A stretch of 63,316 nucleotides of DNA, filler included, from Octopus bimaculoides (Eukaryota): NCBI RefSeq assembly GCF_001194135.2. It is 7 parts of 6 records of this genome, joined end to end, with 100 filler letters (N's around TTAATTAATTAA, not from the genome) between each part and the next. Parts side by side here need not be neighbours in the genome. Positions count along the whole stretch, not along the records: positions 9,297 to 29,684 come from NC_068989.1; 6 more parts are not named here. The stretch is one strand, 5' to 3'. Shown in pieces: positions 11,568 through 26,478 of the stretch. Within the stretch, counting starts at the first letter, position 1. Each line of letters begins with the position of its first letter. The notes below the pieces were generated by a model, which worked only from the letters and a program-made list of their open reading frames with translations, had not been told where the DNA came from and ran no database searches. Position numbers and translations under genes: made by a program.

Positions 11568-11799
11568 TGTGTGTATGTATGTATGTATATTATTGTTCAG
11601 TTTTATTTCAAGATTTCTTACCAATAGAGAAAGAGCCCATTTCTAACCTAAATTCAAGGCTCCTTCATTGGAATTTCAACATCAACAACAGAGTATTTTT
11701 GCTTGTATGTATGTATATGTGAAGATTTGTATGTTTTGCTTTATGTATGTATTCCCAAGCATATAGTAGCCTATCTAGACATGCTCATTTATATTTAAA

Positions 11800-12487
11800 T
11801 GATAAACTTATGGACTTTTACAGTTCCAGTGATGGATTGGATCTATAGTTTTCAAATTAGCTTTCTCTTTTCTGATTTTGAGAAGCCTAATTTCTCAAGA
11901 TTGGTATTTCGGCAGTGTGCTACATATCCCAAGGCCCCAATAACCTTCTTTATTCTGGTGTGCCGGTGTTTCTCCTTTCCCTACCCACTGTCTTCAGCAC
12001 ATACCATTTTTATAGAGAACACATCTCTCACCACCAGTCACTATTCAGTTCAAAAATGGTTCATTTGTGAGATGTGGCAGCTATGAAGAGTACACATTCA
12101 CTCTCTGTGCACGATTAGACTCAGAAAGTTTGTGAGGAACCCATTGACCCAATTGGCTAACTTTTCTGATGGCATGCAAGTATCAATGAATGGTTGAATG
12201 AGCAAATTCAAGATTCTCTGCTAGTTCCTCAACAGTTATGATGGCTTTTCTTCTGCTAGGCTTTCCAGGACATTCTCTTCAATCTCTATCGATCTTCCAA
12301 GATGAGGCTCATCTTCTAAGCTGTTATTTCTGGCTCAGAATTTCTGGAACCACTGTTGACACTTGCTTATGCTTATTGTCTGATCCCCATAAACTACATT
12401 AATATTTCTCATGCTTTCTGTTGTGCTGTTGCCTTTATTGAACTCATAAAGCAAAATATGCCGAATATACTCCTTTGTCACTTCCAT
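11800..12487 (-). mobile_element. Mariner (Mos1/SETMAR-like) transposase remnant
   Basis: From the ATG at 12487: MEVTKEYIRHILLYEFNKGNSTTESMRNINVVYGDQTISISKCQQWFQKF*ARNNSLEDEPHLGR..., which is the mariner N-terminal HTH. It is heavily frameshifted downstream. Confidence 0.85.
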
Positions 12488-13758
12488 TATAGCTTTGAAA
12501 AAATAACTGTTAAAATCAAACTATGCTCTTTGAAACTTGCACTAAGAATAAGTAAGTACAAGGTAAAATTATTACCTGCTTTTATAGCAAGTTGATGCAG
12601 GTAGTTTATCCCATCCCTCCCCTCCACCAACTTTTAGTTCATGCTATTGAAAAACACATTATTTATGGAATGACCCAGTATATAGGTTTGCATATATGTA
12701 TGTATGTATGTATGCATGTATGTATGCATGTATGTATGTATGTATGTATGTATGTATGTATGTATGTAGGTAGGTAGGTATGTAGGTAAATAGGTATATG
12801 TGAAAGTGTGTGGCCTAGTGGGTAGGGTGTTTGGTTTACAATCATAAGACCAAGTAGTGTGTTGTGTCCTTCAGCAAGTCCTTTCATTTCACTTTGATTC
12901 AATTTATTCAACTGAAAATAAGTGCCAGCTGATTGCTGGTACCACCTTCTCTGCCTCCGGCTGGCACATCATTGATGCTTAGCTAGGTCAAGGGCAGGAA
13001 AACTGAACGAACAACTGTGTCTGCTTGTAACTACATAGGCACCTAAAACAATTAGCATGTTACTTGCCAGCAAATCATACTCACGTGGGAATGATGGTTA
13101 TGGATGTATGTGTGTATGCATGCATGCATGTGAAGCCATACATACTTCAGTGTGAATGTATACCTTGCATTTAACCACCCACTCAAAAAACAAAAAGATA
13201 AATAAATAAATAAAAGGTTTTATAGTAGCAGAGCAGCAGCATTCTTGGAAAATCTTTTGATCAAAGGCTTATAATTAGGTTTGTATCTAGTGAAGTATGT
13301 AAAATTAGTTCCTGTCTTTAACTTTGTTACAGTAAGCAATCAATCTATTGCAATTGTCTTTGATAATATAAAAAAACAATCACAATATTCACCTTATTCA
13401 CTTTTTTTACAACTTTTATGCTGATATATTTTTTTGCTGTTTTGTTTGTCACAATGGTTCTAATATCTTATTTAAATTTTTTTTTTGTCTTAATTTGAAT
13501 TCTGTTTTCTCAAAAATTTTAATTTGCAAGAGAGCTAAAAATCTTGATTTGTAAGTAATTTAATAACCAGAAAGTTCTTTGTTTTCTGTTTTAAATTTTG
13601 GTATCGCTATACCTTGTGTGTGTGTGTGTGTGTGTGTGTGTGGTGAAGAGTGTGGGGTTATATGTGAGATAGCTTTAATTTTTTTAAATAAACAGTTGTG
13701 TATATTTAGATTTTAGTGATCTGAATTTACAGGAGAAACCATTTTAAGAGAAAAGATA

Positions 13759-13812
<54 letters not shown>

Positions 13813-14141
13813 CAGCAGCAGCAACAGCAGCAGTAGTAGTAGGGATGAAGGTGGTAATGGTAATGATAATGGTGTTGGTAGTAATGGTGGTGGTGGTGGT
13901 GGTAGTGTTAATAATNNNNNNNNNNNNNNNNNNNNNNNNNNNNNNNNNNNNNNNNNNNNNNNNNNNNNNNNNNNNNNNNNNNNNNNNNNNNNNNNNNNNN
14001 NNNNNNNNNNNNNNNNNNNNNNNNNNNNNNNNNNNNNNNNNNNNNNNNNNNNNNNNNNNNNNNNNNNNNNNNNNNNNNNNNNNNNNNNNNNNNNNNNNNN
14101 NNNNNNNNNNNNNNNNNNNNNNNNNNNNNNNNNNNNAGATA

Positions 14142-14195
<54 letters not shown>

Positions 14196-14704
14196 CAGCA
14201 GCAGCAACAGCAGCAGTAGTAGTAGGGATGAAGGTGGTAATGGTAATGATAATGGTGTTGGTAGTAATGGTGGTGGTGGTGGTGGTAGTGTTAATAATGG
14301 TAGTAGTCTTTTCTTTATTAGCCTTATGAGCCTCACACATCCATACCGAACTTTGTTTTATACTAATATGGTGGGTGTACAACTGCAATGCAATGCCAAG
14401 GGATAGAAATGCTACAGAACTTGAAAAATGTTAAAGATTTATAACGATATATAGCAAAGAAAAACAGCAACAAAGCAGTAAAAACCACTGCCTATCTGTG
14501 GTGGGCACTGTGCTGATAATCCTCTGCTACATTGCACTCTGAAGTGTTGCTCTCCTTTTTCGACTGTAGTCTGTTTGTAGAATTCAAGAAGTGGTTTTAT
14601 ATCAGTTTCACTGGCTGTAGCTACCTGTCTTCAAAATTTGTTAGAGATAGCAAAATGTGTTTGAATGCCAGAGTACAAATAAGCCGAAAAAAAAAAAAAA
14701 AGAC

Positions 14705-14950
14705 AAAAAACCGACTATAAAGGGAATCAGATGTAATGTGCAAGAGAAGGATGTGTTGGAATGGGCATGTGATAAATATGGAGGATGATTGCAGCATAAG
14801 GAAATGCTATTTTAAGCCTGTGAAACTAGCAAAAGAGGGAAACCAAGGAAGAATTAGAATAAAGTAAAGGCTGACTTGAAGATGTTGCATCTCATTGAGA
14901 AGATGAAAGGAACTGTACTGACATGGCAAAAATGAACCTTAACACAAGGT
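14705..14950 (+). mobile_element. RTE-like LINE 3' end remnant
   Basis: IRCNVQE-R-CWNGHVINMEDDCSIRKC...RGKPRK...VKADLKML fits the W-GHV-RM...RGRPRK pattern. Confidence 0.6.
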
Positions 14951-14963
14951 TGTATTTAAAAGC

Positions 14964-14995
<32 letters not shown>

Positions 14996-15483
14996 TTATT
15001 CCTTGTTAAATCCACTTTACCACCATCTCACCTTACATCCTCCTCACTTTGTATCCTCACACTTCTTTTCTACAACCCTGGTCTCTTCAGCAATCAAATC
15101 ACATATTTCCCCATTTTATCAGTTACACTTTTTCTATTCCACTATCAGCCTTGCATAATACCCTCCCCGCAATCATGTCTAATCTGTTACTCTCTCTATT
15201 ACCACCCTCTCACAACTGTAAACCTGTTCCTTTCATCATACTTTACATTCATCTTCTTGCCTAAAATCATCATGTCATCTTTTGCCTGTTCTCTTTTAGT
15301 GCTGGTGTTGTAGAAAAGGTATCCAGTGCACTCTGTAAAGTAGCTGGCCTTAGGAAGGGGATCCAGTTGTAGTAATTATACCAAAAGCCAACATTTGGGC
15401 ATGGTATGGTTTTCTGATGCATTAGATTATGTTTGAACCATCCAACCCATGCAGGCATGAACAATAAGCATTAAATGATAATG

Positions 15484-15540
<57 letters not shown>

Positions 15541-17799
15541 CAGATGAGAAGCAAACTTTTAATAATTAAGCTAGTAATGGTATTGACATTTTTGGTGAAT
15601 GTAGTGTATTAGTTGTGCTTTTATGGAAAAGGATGCTTTTAACAGGAGTGGATGATGTTTTGAAGTATAGGTAAATGATACTGGTGATGTAAAAGATACC
15701 AGTAGCTGGTGTAATTTTGATGATGATGATGATAATGAAGATGATAATGATGATAACGACGACAATGATGATATTTTTAATAGGTGCTTTGAGGAAAACG
15801 ATAAAGAAGATATTTATTGTTGGTCACATGTAATACAAAATTATTGGTTGTTACGACGATTGAAAATTAGCAGGAAATAGATGGCATTACATTTTAGTGG
15901 CAGAAATCATAGTGAAGGTGGTGGTGGCAATGGTGGGGATGTAGTAATGGTGGTGTTGGTGATAATGGTATTGATAGTAGTGATGAGAGTGACGTTGATA
16001 CTAATGTTAATGGTGATAGCAATGGTAATAATCATGACCAATGCGGATCATGTTAGTAGTTGTAATAAGGATAGAAATATTAGTGATGATGAATGCAGTA
16101 CCCTTTCTTAGTCTAAACATGGAATATGTTCCAGACTTAATCAAATTATCTTAGATGTGTCAGCTGAGAGACAAACATGATTAGTATCATTGTTTTAGTA
16201 ACCTTGACAACCCACCAACACCATCACTACTGCCTTCATTGCCTCCAGTCCCTCCACTACCAATGACAATGATACTACTCTGCTAATTAGTGGATCACTA
16301 ACAAACACCCATTTAACCAACCAGCTTTTTTTTTATTTCAATCAGGCTTATCAACTGGGTTATGTAGCATGATTCCACCTATTTCCTCTCTACCACTGAC
16401 CTTATGTCTCTTATTTAACTCTACGTCCAATCAACCTAACTCTCCGTCCATCGATCTGGTTATCTATCAAACATAGCTCTGTGTCATTGTTTTAATCATA
16501 CCGTCTATTTTCCCCCTGCCTTATTACTGGATATAGTTTCATATGTGTGTGCGTGCACACACACACATACACACATACGACTAGTTACTTTCACGTATAG
16601 ATTGAGTCATTGACAAGTGTCATTACATCTCTCCTGCACCCTTCATAGTATTTAGTTCTGAGTCATATTGAGCTTATTTCAGTTTCCTATGAGGTCAATT
16701 TTGCTTTCCATCCTTTTAGAAGTTTGATTCTTTAAAGTAATTAATTTGCTGTTTTCCTTTTATTTCTGCAATCAAATGTAGTACATATAAATTTTGTACC
16801 CCACTTCTCAAATCGATAGCCTAAATATCAGCATTATACTGTGACAGACATGTTGCAGTTGATAATATAATCCACAACAATTACAACAGCAAAATTCATT
16901 TTAAGCTTAAAAACTGATTCATCATCACCCCATGTCAATTCACACACACACACACACACATACTTACACACATGCACATAAATACACATGCATAATTGCA
17001 CAAAGATAAATTAAAAAAGTACAATAAAACACTATTATTAAATCAAAACATAATTTAAAGAAATAAAACATGAAAGATTTCAAGTTAGTAAGAAGTTGGG
17101 CACTTCACGACCCTGTTCACTTAATCATTTCTCAAATTGCGTTCAAGTGCAACCGAATGCATCAGTAAGAATTTTTTGAGACATTTAGTGTTGAAAAATG
17201 CCATTTTGTGGTATTCTCTTTAAACTTCACTGTAATGTCTTAATTTTAATTTCACTAGTAATTTATCTTTTCCATGCTTTATATATTCTGAACAAAATTG
17301 TTTTTGTGTCATTCACACCACTTTGGAGAGCTTGTGGTGCAAGAAATGAATAATTTTCTCATAGATTGTTTGATTTTCAAAGAATGACAAATCTTACTTC
17401 ATTTTTGCTCCATTCTCGTTAAAAGATTTTGTTGTTTGAAAGAAATTACTTCTCCGTACCTATTTCTAATGTTTTGTGTTGAGTCTTCTCTTTTTGTGAT
17501 CTTTTTCCTCTTTTTCACCTTGTATTTTCCCTGAGCATTTGAGTATTATATGTGTAATTTCTATTTCTTCCTCATCGAGTGATTAAAATGTGGTACAACA
17601 AGTTAGTACTGTTAGAAGAAATGTTTGCTAATCTAATTGTGAAACTGCACTTAAAGATATTTCCTTCAGTACAGAAATGGGATTTTGTTTCTTTTTGTTG
17701 CTGCTATTCATTATATTCATTTTCTTTGTTTTTGTTTAATCTTCGAAGTCCTTTTGGGCATTTAGCTCCAAGGTGTACTTTTTACACAATCAAATGTAT

Positions 17800-18450
17800 C
17801 AAATAGGTTTTCTGTTCTGTATCATTAATCATATGTCTTGTTTTAATATATTCTACGGTGCACAATTCCAATGTAGCTTTGTAGCCTTCAGAAACCATTA
17901 GCACTTTCAAGTCCATTTTAACACATCCTGACCACTGATCACCTTTTGTTAGCCTACATTGACTACTCTTCCATATATTATCAAAAGGTCACTACTAGCC
18001 ATAGATCTACATCACAACCAATGTCTCTTATTGTAATTCTTGTATTTCTTTGATCCATGTACTGTGGCACAAATGTGTAATCAGAAGTATGACTGACAAT
18101 GTTTTGGCTGTGTTTTCTGTTATAAATATGCAACAGATAGAGCCATAGCTTTTGCTTATTTCATTTGATACAACTTCTCTCAGTACTTGATGAAATGGAA
18201 TGTGTAATCTGTTTCTGTCTTTTTGAAAGCAGAGATATATAAATGTTCTCTTTGCTCCCTCCCCTTGCTTATCACCTGTGGACAAAGAAATACAGTTCAG
18301 TCTTACATAATTCTCCCATCTGCATTTTTCTTGCAACTGAGATAGATCTAAGGATTCCATATTCTCATTTTGTATTGAAGGAAGGCTTATTTTCACATAG
18401 ATGCTAAATGAATGGATCATAATATTTGGAATTGTGAAAGAGTGGCTACT
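17800..18450 (-). mobile_element. Highly degenerate RTE-like LINE fragment
   Basis: 'LSQLQEKCR' resembles the RTE RT motif LRQLQEKCREQ. Downstream similarity to the RTE C-terminus is weak. Confidence 0.4.
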
Positions 18451-19740
18451 GCTATTATTATTGTCATTACTGTCGCTGTCTTCCAACTTATTCATTTGAA
18501 TATTTGGGACATTTTCTTCTATTAATTTCCTCTGTATTGTTCATTGTCTGCTTTCTATTGTACATTTAGTTGTGTTGTTGATTTTGTGTTCTTTTAGTCA
18601 TTGTCGTGTTTTATTATGTAGCACAGTTATGTATGGCAGCCATTTTGGATATGGAAATGTAATGTGTGAATAAAATTTTGAAGGTTTATGAAGCAAATCT
18701 CTTTTCTTCTGTCAACTACCTCAGGTATCAAGAGCAGCCCTTTAAGTAATTATAATTCTTCTTACAAGTACTCAAAAGAAAATTTCATTTGGTAATGTTT
18801 GAATGAAATGTGTTTTAAAAGGATAGGTAAACATGCAGTCTTTGCACTACAAAAGTCAAATAATAATAGTAATAATAATAATGATGATGATAATGATAAT
18901 GACAACAACAATAATTCTTCATAATTTCTGGCACAAGGTCAGTAGCTTTGAGGAGAGAGATAAGTTGATTGTATCAACTTCAGTACTTGACTGGTACTTT
19001 ATTGATCCTGAAAGGATGTAAAGCAAAGTTGACCTTGCCAGTATTTGATCTCAGAAATGCCTCTAAACAACTTGTCTGATGCACTAAGGATTCTGCATAC
19101 TGGCTGCAGCAGCAGCAGTAGTAGTAGTAGTTGTAGTAGTAGTAGTAGTAAAAAGAAAAATAATTTTTATAAGTTTTGTTATTACTATCTACAAAGCTAA
19201 AATTATTTAAGATGTTTGGCCCTCACAGAAATAGTTTTACATTAAAATTAACACCATTAAATCACATGTAACTCTTAAAATTTGTTCGATATTCTCAGCC
19301 ATATTGTTTCGAAGAAATGCAGAAAGTACCAGAATCATTTGATTACATCAAATCCAGCACTTGGCTGGTACTTAAGTCTTTGCTTGTACCCCGCAGAGGG
19401 ATACAAGGGCAGGTAATATCATTGATATGTTGGCTGGAGAATCTCAGTCGTTCATCAATGATGATTCAGTTGTGAGATCAATGAATTACCTGCTCTTGAA
19501 TTAAAATACAAGTGGAATCAGCATGGCTCAATATGTGATAAGGATGTACCTTTTGAATTACAGGTAGATTCTACTCGACGACAATTTTTATACAATTTCA
19601 GTTAACCAATTCACTCATAAGAAATGGGTGAAGCCAAAGCTATTGAAGATGTCATTTGTTCATGATGCCACACTGTGGGATTGAAGCCAAGGCTTCATGG
19701 CTGTGTAGTAAATTCTTAACCATTTGACCATACTGCACCT

Positions 19741-20140
19741 ACTCTTTTACTCTTTTACTTGTTTCAGTCATTTGACTGTGACCATGCTGGAGCACCGCCT
19801 TTAGTCGAGCAAATCGACCCCGGGACTTATTCTTTGTAAGTCTAGTACTTATTCTATCGGTCTCTTTTGCCGAACCACTAAGTGACGGTGATGTAAACAC
19901 ACCAGCATCGGTTGTCAAGCAATGCTAGGGGGACAAACACAGATATACAAACACACACACATATATATACATATATACGACAGGCTTCTTTCAGTTTCCG
20001 TCTACCAAATCCACTCACAAGGCTTTGGTCGGCCCGAGGCTATAGTAGAAGACGTTTGCCCAAGGTGCCATGCAGTGGGACTGAACCCGGAACCATGTGG
20101 TTGGTAAGCAAGCTACTTACCACACAGCCACTCCTGCGCC
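19741..20140 (-). mobile_element. tRNA-headed SINE family B, near full length. Other copies at ~3080-3200+, 3410-3530-, 8588-8970+, 21790-22205+, 24240-24360-, 44800-45420- (split), 52140-52495+, 52830-53190-, 60370-60720+
   Basis: Head ggctgtgtggtaagtagcttgct...gggttcagtcccact (A/B-box-like), central (TG)n and 3' end ...ggtgctccagcatgg...cagtcaaatgactgaaacaagtaaaag, repeated across the window. Confidence 0.9.
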
Positions 20141-21729
20141 TATATATACATATATATAAAATTAATAGTAAAATCTGGAATCAAAGAAAACATAAGGATC
20201 TACAATAACAACAATAGTAATAAAATATAAAGGTCTTATTGGTGTCAATTTAATTGCCAGGAGCAGAGGGAAAATGAAGCATTTTGGACTAAAATCCTTC
20301 TATAGAAAGTGTTCTCAGTTTAAAATATAAGACTTTTCTACCTGTTTTAAATTAAATAAATGATACCTACAAACTCTCTTGGATTTTGCATAGAATTTAA
20401 CAGAGAAATATACTAATGAAGTGAAGGTGATAAAATATCAAATAAATTTTAAATAAATCCATGCATGTTGCCTTCTTGACAAGATATCTTGAGGGCAATT
20501 CATTTCAAGGAATACAGGTTGGCTTGAAAAAGTCAATATTCTGTGAATTCATGTGATTTAGTGCTGCAAGGTATCTTTGCAATATATTGGTCAATATTTG
20601 TTTTGCATAAACCAATTGCAGCAATAAATATTAAGGTTATTGTTGAAAGAAGTTCAGGGAGCTGACATGTTTCCTTATCATGCAGAGGATAGATTATATG
20701 AAGTATGTATAAGAAACATAATGCTGTGTAAAAGTTAATAGACATCATCGTTTTAACAAACACTTTTCCATACTTGCATGACTCAAATGAAATTAATTGA
20801 AGCAGGTTTTCTACAGTCGGATGCCATTCTTATCACCAGTTCTTCCATGTTTTCAAGCAAGGTAATATTTCCTATAGACCTTCAATCATGAACTGTATAG
20901 CCAGATATATTTTTATGAAAAATTGCAAATGAATAGTACTAGTCATATGACAGAGACTTTTATTTGCAATTAGCTTGTTATGTTAAGATAATGTGACACA
21001 AACATGCACAAAAGCACTCACATGCAAAAACTCACATGCGCACATGATGAGCTTCTTTCAATTTCTGTCAAACAAATCCAGTCATAAACTTTTGCTTGTC
21101 TAGAGCTGTTGTAGAAGACACTTACTCTAGTTGCTATGTGGTGAGGCTGAACTTTAAGCCAAACATGGAGCTTGAAAAGTGGCCTTTAACCATGCAGTTA
21201 TTCTTGCACATGCAGGTGCATGCACACATACACATGTGAACATGCACGGGTGCACACTCACACACACACACACACACACGTAAATGCAGCATTGCAGAAC
21301 GTTTAAGCAGCTTGCTTTGCAGCCACGAGGGTCTGCATTCAATCTCATTGAACTCAGACTTTCAATCAATACCACTTCAGGTTGATTTATACTTTGTAAT
21401 TTAAAATAGGATGGATGGAAACTGTATTGAAGCCTGCTGGGACGACTATACTAGTAATTCAAAAGGCTTTGTCACATGCTGGATCATACTAATTCTACTT
21501 AAGAATTTTGTTATGGGTAGAATTCCCAGCCATCTAGATGCAGCTATGATGAAAACATCATCCAACAGCATCCATGTAGTGAATGAGCTCTAAACAATAT
21601 AGTTCTGAAGTTCACATCTCACCCACACCTCCATAATTGCACCTATATATATACTATGTATACATACACTTATATATACATAATATATATATAAATACAT
21701 ATACACAGACACACACAAATACGCATATG

Positions 21730-21770
<41 letters not shown>

Positions 21771-21950
21771 ATGCATCTTTATATATATAGGCATAGGTGT
21801 GGGTGTGTGGTAAGAGGCTTGGTTCCCAACCACCTGATTCCAGGTTCAGTCCCACTGTATGGTGCCTTGAGCAAGTGTTATCTACTATAGCCTTGACCAA
21901 CCAAATCCTTGTTAGTAGATTTGGTGGATAGAAATGAAAGAAACCCATTG

Positions 21951-21994
<44 letters not shown>

Positions 21995-22707
21995 TTTGTG
22001 TCTGTGTTGTTCCCCACCATTGCTTGACTACCTTTGACTACCTGTGTTGGTGTGTTTACATCCCTGTAATATAGCAGTTTGGCAAAAGAGTTAGATACCT
22101 GGCTTTAAAAAAATAAGCCCTGGGGTTCATTTGTTCAATTAAAATCCTTCACGGTGGTGTCCCGGCTTGGATGCAGTCAAATGACTGAAACAAGTAAAAG
22201 ATAATANNNNNNNNNNNNNNNNNNNNNNNNNNNNNNNNNNNNNNNNNNATATATATATATATATATAAAATTTGAATAATGAGGGTAAAAAATTGGTGGT
22301 CTTCTTCTAGTAAAATGGATGTCCACTTAGTGTCCATCCCTCTTTTTTGCATGCAATATATATATGTATATGTATATATGTATATATATAAAATTCCTGA
22401 AATAAGATGAAAAACTTAAGAAATATTTGGTCTTCTTTATAAAGCATACAACTTTTATAAGAGAAATGCATTTTTATTTACAACAATAATTTCTATAGAA
22501 ACAGAAACATAATGTGAACACTGAACATTATTTTTGCATAAGAGAGGATTTAGTGACAGTTAGGTATGTTTTACAGTTTTCGGTAACAATCTGTAAAACA
22601 AATTGTTTCTCAGTTTCATCTTTTGTGAGAATGTTATTATACTCCTTCTCACTGAGAGGATGTAAACTCTGTTTCACTTTTTTCTCTTTTCCTTCTCTTT
22701 TTCTCTG

Positions 22708-22740
22708 CCCCCTGACAAAGGATTGAATCCGAAACGTTGG
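22708..22740 (+). ncRNA. Degenerate minimal hammerhead-like motif
   Basis: CCCC-CTGACAA-A-GGAT TGA ATCC-GAAA-CGT-T-GG has the same architecture as the 56.4 kb motif, but G8 is lost and stem I is only 2 bp. Confidence 0.4.
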
Positions 22741-25619
22741 ATATTCCACTCCTCATGGCAAGTTTGCTGTACCCCTTTTACTTTTTTCCATATTTTTAAA
22801 ATTCTTGCTGACACAGAGCTGTCAGATTATTGCCTGATTATTATAATGTGTGTGTGTGTGTATGTAAGTGTATGCATATATATATATATATATACACACA
22901 CAAAGTCTATATAGATGTGTGTGTGTGTGTGTAAGTGGAAATTAGTAATTAGAGATTTGTTAGAAGAAAGCTAATGCTTTTGATTGATTTCAATTTGCTT
23001 AATCTCTGTAACTAATGAAGAGTAAAGTGAGGAAGTCATTATAAAACTGGAGAATTGACCTGAATGGAAGATAAAAATTATAAAGTAAAGGCTCAGTGTT
23101 AAACTGAGCCATAGGTTGTCCACCATTTAATTTCACTCAGAAGCCTCATACTCAGAATTACCTGATTTGCAAAGTGAACGTCTTATTCACACAATTATAT
23201 CTGCTCCCAAAGCACAGGAAATATGAGTAATGCTTAACTGATGAGGAATAAAATAATGTTCTTTTTTTTCCTTTTGTGTGTGTGAGGAATAAGTTGATGA
23301 TGGTCTCTTCTGTGTATGTGTGTATGATATTGCCCTAAGAGAAAGTATAAGTGCAAATAAAATGATTTAAGTGTCCAGCTGTCAAATACATTAGCTGATA
23401 TATACAAGGGAGATAAATATACAAGTATAGATTAGTAATGTAAATAAATTATATATGCCGAGTAAAAAACGTTTTCCTGTAGTGTTTGAGATCATTTAAT
23501 CAAGTCATTTCTAAGGAAGACATGAAACAGAATGATGAGATTAGGTTAAACCAAATAGAAATCAGTTGCAAGCCTATCCAAATATAACTTCTACCAGCAT
23601 GAAATAATGCATTATTTAAATATGACATTTGCTTTTATTTGTCCTGGTATTTTAAATTTTAGATTTCTAATTTATTGTAATTGTATTTGATCATTGCATT
23701 GAGACATTGTTATAAAAAAGAAAATGTCATCAGGGCATTTCATAATTTGAAAAACATCTCAACAATTTTTTAAGAAATTTCAAAATTTAAACTTTTTTGG
23801 AGTCAACGTTACTTTTTATCTTTATAGATATTTTAGTAAAATTGTCAACAGAAGTAATATTGATTTGGTATTGATTTAAAGAACTGAAATCCCTGATCAA
23901 CTAAATGGCTTTGTATATCCTCCTCCTCCTCCTTTCATCATGATCAAGGTCATCATCAATCATCAACACCAACATCATATTCACTTTTCCCTGCTTGCAT
24001 GGATCAAATGGAAATAGTTGAGATATCTCCTCTGTCACTGGATGCCCTTTGTACCATTCATATTTACCTGTTTTCAAGCAACCTTTTATTTCCCCATGGC
24101 AGGATATGTTTCATGGAGGATTGGAAATAAACAACACTGATTGTATGACAGTGACATTTTTTTGCAACTCTCATATGATATCAACGTAAGGGGAGAGAGA
24201 GAGAGAGAGAGAGACATACACATACACACACACACACATGCTTCATCTACCAAAATCCACTTATAAGGTTTTAGACACTGACACAAAGAGCCAGATAGTA
24301 GGACTAAACCTAAAACCATGATGGGGCTGGGAAGCGAACTTCTTAACCATACAGGCATGACTGCATCCTCATTGTCATTGTCATCACCACCACCACCACC
24401 ACCACCACCACCACCACCATCACCATCATCATCATCATAATCATCGTTGTCATTGTTATTAAGGCAGTAAGCTGCCAGAATTGTTAGTGCATCAGACAAT
24501 GGTTAGCAGCAAATTTTTTCAGCTCTTAAATCTGCCTAGGTCAAAGTACTCTTGTACTTTTGGAGTTGATAAAATAAAACACCATTCAAGTACTGCAGTT
24601 GATATTAATTGATTTACCCCTCCCCTCAAAATTGCTTTTGTAGAAAGGATCATCATTATTATTATTATTATTATTGTCATCATCATTTGTATCTTTACTT
24701 TTCATATCACAGCTGCAAGTAATGTTTCATTGCATGCCATTTCAAGGAATGATAAGACAGAGTAATAGAAATAGATGAAAAAATAGAAACAAATATAAAA
24801 TTACTAACAATGACAAGAAAAAACAATTGAGCAGATAAAAAAAAAATTGTGACAGCTAAAAATAAATAGCAAGAATTAAAGCGAAAGCATAAGTTTAGAA
24901 AAACAGAATTAGCAAAATCCATGTGTGATGGAGAGGTGATAGAAATGTGGAGTGGGGTGAGGAAATGAAGGGAGCCTATTTGCATGGGATAAAAAAAGGA
25001 AGTGCAGGAGAATGATAAGGACAGAAATAACTAAATAAATGAAGCACAAGAGGGTTGGAGGGAGAGAGAGAGAGAGAGATGTAAGTAGACAGATAGATAA
25101 ATAGATAGAGAGATCGAGAGAGAGAGAGAGAAATGAAGAAATAATAAATAGATAATAAGGAAAGAGTAAAAGAAGCAACTAAATGGGAATATCATCATTG
25201 GCACCATTGTTATCATCATCGTCATCATCATCAACATGATCATCATTGTCAATATTTCATATCTGATTTTCCATGCTTGGGATGGATATGCAATCTTTTA
25301 TCATGTTCTTTATGAGAACTAGTCTACTCAGATTAGCTTTCTCACCACATCTTCTCGTATTTTTCTTTGTCTTCCTCTCTTACTGGTTCCTTCTTGGATC
25401 CCTACTATTTCTTTATCCAACTACCATCCCCAATAACCAGCTCTTGGATGCTACATCTGAATCCTCTTATGCCCAATTATTTTATTCAGCTCATCTGTAT
25501 TCAGTCAGCCATTTATGCTAACATTACATTTCAAGTAGAGCTTGTCATTTTAGATGAATGCAGTAGGAAAGTAGTAGCAGTCACAGTAAAATCCTTAGCC
25601 AGTAACTGGAGGGGAAAGC

Positions 25620-26300
25620 TGTCCTCTCAACCAATACATTTCTGTGGGTGCTGCTAGATGATGGGCTGTAGTGAGGACGTTATTCCATGCTTTCTGATCC
25701 ATGGCGCTGACCTTAGCATGCTCAAGGTTGAGGCACTGTGACTTCAGGTCTTCCTCAATTTATTTAACCCATGTCTTCTTCAATGCACTGCACTGGATTG
25801 TCCAGAGCATGGGTCACTTCCACCCAGGCTGAGCCCATGAGTTGCTGGCACTCCAGGCAAGCTGAGCTTCAGTGTGTACAAGCTGAGCTTCAGTGTGTAC
25901 AAGCTGAGCTTCAGTGTGTACAAGCTGATGGTTGTGGAAATTTCTTTGTCTTTGTCATGCCCTCCTTGGTTCCCCCTAGCATATGGCACCCCAGGTGACT
26001 GCCCAAGTTGCCAGTACCTTGAGCTGGCCCTGCTACCACCACAAAAAGTTAGTGTGTGGTAGACTTCTGGTGCTTATCTTACAGACATGGACAAACCACT
26101 GTAGCCTATGCACCTGGACTTGGTTGGCTACTGCTGACATTCTTCTTGTTTGAGATTCAGTCAGATAGAGAACCACCAAGGATCTGACAGAGACACTGCA
26201 TTTGGAATGCCTTGAACTTGTTCAGGTTCTGTTTGAAAATTGTCCAGGTTTCAGCACTGTAGAGGAGTTCAGGCAGAACCAGCACGTGGAAAAGATGGAA
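25620..26300 (-). mobile_element. Degenerate LINE 3' portion containing a 21-bp x3 tandem repeat (25858-25928)
   Basis: The minus strand reads ...KKTWVK*IEEDLKSQCLNLEHAKVSAMDQKAW, a typical LINE C-terminal W-I-DL...A-DR-W pattern. caagctgagcttcagtgtgta occurs three times. Confidence 0.45.
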
Positions 26301-26478
26301 CTTGGTCTTTAGGTGTATGTAGGACCATATTATCTTTCAATCAGTTCATTCCTTTCTCAGAACAGGATAATAGTGCTTTTTACTATAGGTACAAGCCTGA
26401 AATTTTGGAGAGGAGTGTAGTTGATTACATCAACCTCAGTACTCAACTGGTACTTATTCTACTGATCCTAAAAGGGTG

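Noticed and set aside
13745-14297. Identical ~170-bp microsatellite-rich block on both sides of an N gap
   Set aside because: An exact duplication flanking a gap is best explained as unmerged overlapping contig ends.
14620-14680. 'FKHILLSLTNFEDR' ending at a GT as a possible P450 exon 4
   Set aside because: There is no upstream AG acceptor within the open frame, and the similarity is weak.
20533-20790. 'KYGKVF' and a nearby ORF as a possible P450 5' exon
   Set aside because: There are no compatible splice sites and no further P450 similarity.
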